Made by a program: the position numbers and the translations under genes. A stretch of 64,000 nt of DNA from Candidatus Latescibacterota bacterium (lineage in GTDB: Bacteria > Latescibacterota > UBA2968 > GCA-2709665). Where the stretch lies: the NCBI GenBank assembly GCA_965208835.1, contig OZ242358.1:3040001-3104000 (forward strand). Reading direction: 5' to 3'. The notes below the pieces were generated by a model. That model was given only the letters and a program-made list of their open reading frames with translations. It was not told where the DNA came from and did not search any database. Shown in pieces: positions 57,706 through 64,000 of the stretch. Positions within the stretch are counted from its first letter, which is position 1. Each line of letters opens with the position of its first letter.

Positions 57706-57876
57706 CACACGTCAGGGCGATACGGACACGGATATTAGAGAGATCCCGGATCACGACATCGAAAGATCACGGGCTCCTAATCGACAACGCGGTTCATGTA
57801 CCCATTTTTATCAAGATAAATCTTGACAGTCGGACTTCGAAGGCCCATTTTTGCATAAAAACGGAGTCGTTCGGTT

Positions 57877-58104
57877 ATGAATATGCCAAGAGAGAAATTC
57901 TCCAGCCAGGTTGCCCCCGAGCTGTTGGGAACAATGCGGAAGATTGCCCGTAAGGAGGGTCGTCACTTTCAGGCGGTGCTGGAAGAGGCCATGCGGGAAT
58001 ACATCGATAACCGCACCCGGGAAAAGCCGCGCGCTGAGATCATGGCCCACTTTCAGGCCAGCGTGGAAAGACATCACCGTCTGGGTGAGATGCTCGCCAG
58101 ATGA
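57877..58104 (+). CDS. Small RHH-like antitoxin upstream of the Doc toxin
   Basis: 75 aa, KFSSQV...L...RKIA.KEGR.FQ.VLEEAM.EY; overlaps the toxin start (ATGA). Confidence 0.75.
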   Translation: MNMPREKFSSQVAPELLGTMRKIARKEGRHFQAVLEEAMREYIDNRTREKPRAEIMAHFQASVERHHRLGEMLAR

Positions 58105-58490
58105 CGCACGACTTCCCCACCATGCAGGAAGTCATCGTCCTGCACGACGTCCTGATCAACACGTTTGGCGGGGCACCTGGAATACGTGATGAAGGCGCGC
58201 TCGCGTCGGCACTCATGCGGCCGCAGCTTGGATACTATGACGGCCTGATCGACCAAGCCGCCGCCCTCATGGAGAGCCTCGCCAACAACCATCCTTTTTT
58301 GGACGGCAACAAACGGGCGGCCTTTTTTGTCACCGATACCTTTCTGCGTCTGAACGGCCACTTTATCGACTGTGACGACGATGAGGCATACGCGTTTATC
58401 GTAGGAAACCTGGAAGCCGGAACCTTCCGGTTCGCCGGGTTGAAGACGTGGCTTCAGGATAAGGTCGCAGCGCTGCCGGGTGTTCGATAG
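58101..58490 (+). CDS. doc: Death-on-curing (Doc/Fic) family toxin
   Basis: GG..GIRD.G.L.SAL.RP, NHPFLDGNKR Fic motif. Confidence 0.92.
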   Translation: MTHDFPTMQEVIVLHDVLINTFGGAPGIRDEGALASALMRPQLGYYDGLIDQAAALMESLANNHPFLDGNKRAAFFVTDTFLRLNGHFIDCDDDEAYAFIVGNLEAGTFRFAGLKTWLQDKVAALPGVR

Positions 58491-58606
58491 CCATCGAGGA
58501 CACCACGCGATGTCACTGTCTGCCTGTTCCATGCGGGAATCGGGCGAAGATCGGCAGGTACCAGGGAACGCCCCAGTTTCCCGGTAATCCGTCAGGGAGA
58601 ATCCGG

Positions 58607-59896
58607 ATGCAATACCAGACGACGCGGACTGACGCGCAGATCGAGGCCGCCTTCCAGGAGGCTGTTGAACAGTATGCCGCCTTCGGCGTGAACGCGCACG
58701 AAGCCGTTGACAAAGCGGCGGAAGTGCCCATATCGCTTCACTGCTGGCAGGCCGACGACGTGGCGGGGTTCGAGACGAAGGACGAAGCCGTGGAGGGCGG
58801 CGGCATCATGGCCACCGGGAACTATCCGGGCCGGGCGCGAAACGGGGATGAGCTGCGCGCCGACCTGAAGCAGGCGATCGACCTGTTGCCGGGGAGGCAC
58901 CGCGCGAACGTCCACGCGTCCTACGGCGACACGGGCGGCAAAGTCGTGGACCGGGACCGCCTGGAACCCGAACACTTCGCCGGCTGGATATCCTGGGCGA
59001 AGGAAAACGGGATCGGGCTGGACTTCAACCCCACGTATTTCGCCCATCCGAAGGCGAACGATGGATACACGCTTGCCCATCCGGACGTGGAAATCCGTGA
59101 ATTCTGGGTCCGTCACGGTGTGGCCAGCCGGCGAATCGCGGAGGCCATGGGTATTGCGCTGGAGGACGTGTGCGTGAACAACCACTGGATTCCCGACGGC
59201 GCAAAAGACCATCCCGCGGACCGATACGGACCCCGCGAACGCCTGGTGGAATCCCTGGACGCCGTCCTGGACCCCGCACTGGGCATCGGGCCGGCCTGCG
59301 TGGACGCCGTTGAGGGCAAGCTCTTCGGCCTGGGCGTGGAAGACTACACGGCGGGCTCCAATGACTTCTACGCAAACTACGCCCTGTCCCGGGGCGTGGT
59401 CCTCTGCCTGGACATGGGCCACTTTCACCCGACTGAATCCATCGCGGACAAGATTTCCTCGCACCTGCCCTTCCACGACAGGCTGCTCATCCACACCAGC
59501 CGGCCCATCCGCTGGGATTCGGACCACGTGGTGCTGTTCGGCGACGACGTGCGCAACGTCTTCCTGGAAATCGTCCGTTGCGACGCCCTGGACCGCGTCT
59601 ACGTGGCCCTGGACTTCTTCGACGCCAGCATCAACCGCATCGGCGCCTACGTGATCGGCGCCCGCGCGACGCGGAAAGCCATCCTCTACGCGCTGCTGGA
59701 TCCCACACGGCAACTGAAGGAACTGGAACGGGAGGGCAAACTGGCGCAGAAGCTCGCCCTGATGGAAGACATGAAAACCATGCCCTTTTCCGCCGTATGG
59801 GACATGACATGCCTGAAAACCGGCGTCCCCCCCGGCGCCGCCTGGATTCCGGAAATGGAAGCGTACGAAGAACAGGTCCTGTCAACCCGGACATAA
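58607..59896 (+). CDS. rhaA: L-rhamnose isomerase
   Basis: ISLHCWQADDV.GFE, GNYPGRAR, GLDFNPT.F.HP, WIPDG.KD, DAVE.KLFG.G.E, LDMGHFHPTE, RWDSDHVV, LDFFDASINR. Confidence 0.95.
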   Translation: MQYQTTRTDAQIEAAFQEAVEQYAAFGVNAHEAVDKAAEVPISLHCWQADDVAGFETKDEAVEGGGIMATGNYPGRARNGDELRADLKQAIDLLPGRHRANVHASYGDTGGKVVDRDRLEPEHFAGWISWAKENGIGLDFNPTYFAHPKANDGYTLAHPDVEIREFWVRHGVASRRIAEAMGIALEDVCVNNHWIPDGAKDHPADRYGPRERLVESLDAVLDPALGIGPACVDAVEGKLFGLGVEDYTAGSNDFYANYALSRGVVLCLDMGHFHPTESIADKISSHLPFHDRLLIHTSRPIRWDSDHVVLFGDDVRNVFLEIVRCDALDRVYVALDFFDASINRIGAYVIGARATRKAILYALLDPTRQLKELEREGKLAQKLALMEDMKTMPFSAVWDMTCLKTGVPPGAAWIPEMEAYEEQVLSTRT

Positions 59897-59901
59897 TGAA
59901 G

Positions 59902-59941
59902 ACCGCGGAACGGGGTGGGAAAATCCACCCGCTTCCGCGGT
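59902..59941 (+). terminator. GC-rich hairpin between convergent rhaA and HNH genes
   Basis: accgcggaa-cggggtgg-gaaaat-ccacccg-c-ttccgcggt (imperfect inverted repeat). Confidence 0.55.
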
Positions 59942-60052
59942 CCGTATCTGTTGCCAAGCTTCTACCTGCCCGCCGGACATACTCCGATGTCCCGCTAGAA
60001 TGCGAAAGATAGGTGGAGTTAGCGGAACCCGTCGGAAGTCCCTTTCCCAAGT

Positions 60053-60920
60053 CTACGCACTTCCTCCAATTTCATTTGGCTGCCATCGATTCTGTACGCG
60101 GAACTTTTCGAATTCCTCGCAATGTTTGGGATTCGCAAAATCAATGATACCAACCACAGTGTGGTACGAGGGTATCGGTAACGGTTCTAGCAATTGCACG
60201 TGTACGATCAAGAGTCCTACCAATCCCATACCATATTGCGCTGTTCGTACTTCAATTTGAAAGCTGGTCTTTACTTCGATTGTTCCAGAAAGAGTTCCTT
60301 TGTGCGGAGACTTGGATCCTCCGACGATGGACAGAACGTCTTCGGATTTCCCAAGAATCACATCAGTAACAAGAGGCATGAACAACCTTCCTCCGAGTTC
60401 TGCAACTGCATAACTATATGCAATCTTCGCGATCCATCGAGCAAATCGGTATGGCTCAGCCACAAATGTATGCGTACGGTCCCACTCTTCATGCCTCTTC
60501 TGCATCGCCATTTCGTCTGTGTGACTTGCAAGCATCGATACTGTAAAGTCGTTTTCGCGAGCCGGACCGCCTGAGAGTATGCGCGCATCCCGGAATTGAT
60601 ATAAGGGAACAGGCGTTGCGTGTTCGCGGATGGGAATGTGCATTTTCGATCCGTCCGGCCGACGTAGCTCGGATGTAGAACGTCGACCTTTCTTGTTTCT
60701 CGTCGGAAAATTGTGTTTGACCCGGAAATCTCCCCACTCACTTTGTAAGATTGGCCCTTCGATCTGACGATTTATTATCTTCTCGCAATCTCTGCAACTT
60801 GATTTAGGCAGGATTAGTCGACCACCTAGCGCAAGCGGGAGAATGTGCTCGTCACCAAAAGGACCTTCGCTGTTACCGCAGTAGATGCACCTATCTACAG
60901 GGGCATACCTGTTGTTCATC
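60053..60920 (-). CDS. HNH endonuclease domain protein
   Basis: CIYCG...DEHILP..LGG...L....C..C...IN zinc-finger HNH at the N-terminus. Start taken at MNNRY (ORF track extends to 61036). AT-richer than the core. Confidence 0.8.
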
Positions 60921-61117
60921 GCGGACCCAAAATTAGCCAATTTACGACAAATGGGTTTGTCATAAGGGTTTCCATCCCACCCTTTCGCATCTGTGCAAAG
61001 GCGCAGCGATATTGGATCGACTCTGCCGCAACACATGCTTGATCGCGGCTGATGTCCGTCAACTCTGCCGTCGCATTTTTTCTATTGCCCAATTCTGTAA
61101 AGTGCTGCTTTTCTCCC

Positions 61118-63142
61118 CTACCTGAGTACTCGATTGACTCGCTTAATGAGCTCTACCCAAGAATTGCGTTCGTCTTCTGAAAGATCATCGGCGCTGTGAT
61201 TGCGGGTCCAACGCAGGTAGGCCTTTGCGAGTCGGTACTTTGAGAAACCAGTCAATTCAGCCTCGAAGATATTGGCAATTGGCCGCTTTAGCTGCTCGGC
61301 AGCCACTTCACTGACATCCAAGCCAAATTCCGATTTGGCAATTTTAACTAGAGTGCTACGTAGGAGATCTTCTATCTCGGGCTTGGCGATCTCGCCGGGG
61401 CAGACATCGCCAGTGCGGAGGATGTTCCTGTTCCCAAGAGTGTGTATCAATGTGTCCTGTTTAGCCGCCCGATCACCTGCATTGTCGGAATCCAGCAGAG
61501 CGGCCACTTTGAGATTGTTGGCATGCAAAATAGTTGCAAAATAAACGACCTTACCTGCGGCGTCCGCAGGGAGCAGTGCGATCTTTGTATTCAGGTCGGC
61601 GGTGTCGGCGTCGCGCAAGAGTTGAGCAGTTGCATCGAAGTACCAGTAGTCCGTGAGGCCCTCCAGAACCAGGTTGCGTTGCTGAGCGAACAGACTCTGA
61701 GCCAAATCGTACCCAAGGGCTTCTTGTAAAGGAAGAAGGGCGGCCGGGTCGTTCGCAGTAACGCTGGTATGCACCTTTGTACCATCGTCCCGGTCGGTCA
61801 TCTCCACGACGCGAACAAAGTCCAGTTCATCTGGTCCAACAAGGAAGGGCGAATGCGTAGTATAAATTGTCTGGTTGCCTTCGGCGAGTCGTGAGATGGT
61901 CTGCCGGAATTCACGCTGCTTGAGACCGTGGAGACTGAGCCCGGGTTCATCCAGTAGCAAGATAGCGTTGGCGTGAGCGTCATCCGCTTCGGCGAAGAAT
62001 ACAACGAAGAACGAAACAAGCCACTGAAACCCTGCGGAGCGCTGGTCGACCTCGATCTGGACTCCCAGTTCGTCTTCGACTACTACTTTAAGGTATTGTC
62101 CGTCGGCTTGTATCAGTACGGTATCCGCTTCTGCGCGAGTGTGATCGGGGTTCCAAATCGATCGGATTTCACCTGTAAGGCGAACGCTGGCTGCATTGAG
62201 TTTGATGCTGCGCTCGTCGAGTTGGCTGCGGAATTGGTCGAATGCTTCTTGATCATCCCCAGGATCAGGAGCTTCCCCAAGGTTCGCCAGCTCTCGGGGG
62301 TCGAAGCCAAGCAGCTTGAGCAGGCACAGATTACCATAGTCATATTGGTCATCGTCAAGTAGGCCACCCTCAACACGGTCGGCGAAGTGGCGCAGGTGGA
62401 GATTAGGACGAACTCGGAAATAGTTGTTGAAGTAGACGAACACTGGGATTCGACTATTGAGTTCGTTGAGGGCCGCGTCGCGGTCCTCGGGTATCCGCGT
62501 ATATCCGAGGAGACGAGTGTGGCGTTGTTCCTCGGTTGCGTTGTTCTCGTCGACGAAATTGAAGACCTCGTCGAGCCAGTTCCTTAACTCGTCTGCACGA
62601 TCGCCTTCGATCTTAGTTTTCCCGACCTGCCATTCAGCAATTACATTATTGAGGTCTGAAGCGAGTGTGGGCTCGTCGTGCCCTCCTTCTTCATCGGCAG
62701 TGCTGTTGACATGGGTCGCCAAGCGCAGAAGGTCCTTGCGAATCTCTTCGCTATACACGACAACTTCCGGCCCGTCTTCGAGCCAATGGGTTAACTCGTT
62801 GTCGAGGTGTCGGGAGCAGCCGTACACCGTTGGGCAGAACCCTTCAGGAAATCCGGAAAGGTCGTCTGGCTCGAGTTCAAAACGAGCGGAAACGACAGGA
62901 ATATCGCTAGGGTCGTGCTTCTGGGATTGGATGTCGGCGTTGTAGAGTTTGCGTGGGTAGTCGCGCAGAGGGTCGAACCCCTTCACCTCAGCGGGAGGGT
63001 TGATCCGCTGAAGGGCCTCAAGTACGGCAGTTTTACCGGCCTCATTAGGCCCGACTAGGATTGTCTTGGCCTGCTCGACTTCAAACCATCCAGTGTCACG
63101 GACACACCGATAGTTTTGCACCCGCACTTGAATCAGTCTCAT
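61118..63142 (-). CDS. OLD-family ATP-dependent nuclease (ABC ATPase + TOPRIM)
   Basis: Walker A GPNEAGKT, signature RSAGFQW, Walker B LLLDEPG, YTTHSP; TOPRIM LVLEG.TD and LLDSD. Confidence 0.88.
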   Translation of the reverse strand: MRLIQVRVQNYRCVRDTGWFEVEQAKTILVGPNEAGKTAVLEALQRINPPAEVKGFDPLRDYPRKLYNADIQSQKHDPSDIPVVSARFELEPDDLSGFPEGFCPTVYGCSRHLDNELTHWLEDGPEVVVYSEEIRKDLLRLATHVNSTADEEGGHDEPTLASDLNNVIAEWQVGKTKIEGDRADELRNWLDEVFNFVDENNATEEQRHTRLLGYTRIPEDRDAALNELNSRIPVFVYFNNYFRVRPNLHLRHFADRVEGGLLDDDQYDYGNLCLLKLLGFDPRELANLGEAPDPGDDQEAFDQFRSQLDERSIKLNAASVRLTGEIRSIWNPDHTRAEADTVLIQADGQYLKVVVEDELGVQIEVDQRSAGFQWLVSFFVVFFAEADDAHANAILLLDEPGLSLHGLKQREFRQTISRLAEGNQTIYTTHSPFLVGPDELDFVRVVEMTDRDDGTKVHTSVTANDPAALLPLQEALGYDLAQSLFAQQRNLVLEGLTDYWYFDATAQLLRDADTADLNTKIALLPADAAGKVVYFATILHANNLKVAALLDSDNAGDRAAKQDTLIHTLGNRNILRTGDVCPGEIAKPEIEDLLRSTLVKIAKSEFGLDVSEVAAEQLKRPIANIFEAELTGFSKYRLAKAYLRWTRNHSADDLSEDERNSWVELIKRVNRVLR

Positions 63143-63294
63143 CGTTGTGCCTCCGACGTGAAAGCCTTCATTTCTTCGACTTTCGAAATTGGTTTAAACT
63201 AAGATGCGTTGGGCAAAATGCCCTTTGATTTCGTAGTACCAACGTTTTATGTTTTGATCTTGGTCAACGAACAGCTATCCACACTGCTGTCGGA

Positions 63295-64000
63295 TTATCG
63301 TGCCGCAACGGAATCATACGCCAGGCCGAACACCGTATCAGCCATCCAGCGCTTGAAATCCTTGTCGTCCATATACCGCTTGAACAGCTCGGTGTCATCC
63401 TTCATCACTCCGGTCATCACGCGCAGCAGCGCCTTGTCGTGTTCGATTCGTGCATTCTGGCGGTCGGAGTTCACCCGGGCGTTTCGGAAGGCCGTGTCGG
63501 CGGCGACGCGGGCCGGAATGGTTTCTGTGATGAGCTGCTTGACGCGGTCTTTATCCTCCCATTCGATATCTCCGAAATGCTCGTTGAATACGCGAAGTAT
63601 GTTTGAGAGTCGATCCAATTCCAGCTCCGGTTGATGCCCTCCCCCTGAACCCGGTACCGGATCGATCTCGGCATCTTCGTCCTCTAACAGGATCTTTTGC
63701 ATCGCCCGCTTCTCCACCCGGTAGCTGTCCAGATCGATCGCGTCTAGGATTCCCTTGGATAGGTCCTCTTCCTCGGGCGCCGGCAACTTCGGGACCAGGA
63801 AGTTCAGGAAGATAGAACGCTTTTCCCATTCGACAACATTGTACGGAAGGACGGATGAGAGAAAGGCGTACGTTCGCACGAATGCTTTGGCGTTCCCCTT
63901 GAATGCGACCTGGCCTTCTTCGTCCAGGTCGTGTCGATAGACAGCGACACAAGCGTCCAAAATAGGATCCAGCCGGTCGCGTTCGACACCTTCCAGATAG
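63295..64000 (-). CDS. hsdR: Type I restriction endonuclease subunit R, C-terminal part; gene continues beyond the window
   Basis: Frame is open to the window end. LDPILD.CV..Y...LDEEGQV.FKG.AK.FVRTY.FL, KLPAP.EEDLSKGIL.AID.DSYRVEK, LSNIL..FN..FG.I.W, QNARIEHDKAL match the HsdR C-terminus as recalled. Confidence 0.85.
   Translation of the reverse strand, partial: YLEGVERDRLDPILDACVAVYRHDLDEEGQVAFKGNAKAFVRTYAFLSSVLPYNVVEWEKRSIFLNFLVPKLPAPEEEDLSKGILDAIDLDSYRVEKRAMQKILLEDEDAEIDPVPGSGGGHQPELELDRLSNILRVFNEHFGDIEWEDKDRVKQLITETIPARVAADTAFRNARVNSDRQNARIEHDKALLRVMTGVMKDDTELFKRYMDDKDFKRWMADTVFGLAYDSVAAR

Noticed and set aside
61118-63142. OLD nuclease as Gabija GajA or a retron effector
   Set aside because: No UvrD-like GajB or reverse transcriptase is adjacent within the window.

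Overview
GC-rich bacterial chromosomal window, probably from a host-associated (sponge-symbiont-like) Latescibacterota/Gemmatimonadota/Poribacteria-type lineage. This is inferred from FlgD/T9SS-like 'NxPNPFN' domains, several ankyrin paralogues, a heparinase, a PhyH dioxygenase and rhaA. Content in order: (1) 1-4.5 kb, repetitive surface and secreted proteins. (2) 4.9-9.4 kb, a toxin-antitoxin/defence patch: AAA+/DUF4143 ATPase, an in-frame HigA-SIR2 fusion, hicAB and a decayed vapBC. (3) 9.5-16.1 kb, a housekeeping operon recG-pfkB-hflK-hflC-peptidase MA-coaE. (4) 20.6-31.3 kb, an SOS mutagenesis cassette imuA-imuB-dnaE2 preceded by a perfect 22-bp palindrome (candidate new SOS box) and separated from its SRAP gene by a lower-GC BsmI/Mva1269I-like Type IIS R-M system whose endonuclease appears C-terminally frameshifted. 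(5) 31.7-34.3 kb, an ABC-type ATPase + PD-(D/E)xK pair and an MNT-HEPN module with a dead toxin. (6) 34.5-59.9 kb, mixed accessory metabolism: M16 peptidase pair, MATE, GNATs, ankyrins including a phosphoesterase-ankyrin fusion, heparinase II/III, Doc TA and rhaA. (7) 60-64 kb, the distal end of a defence island: Type I HsdR, OLD-family nuclease, HNH. No rRNA, tRNA, CRISPR array, transposase or integrase was recognised. All family assignments are from motif reading and memory, not database searches.
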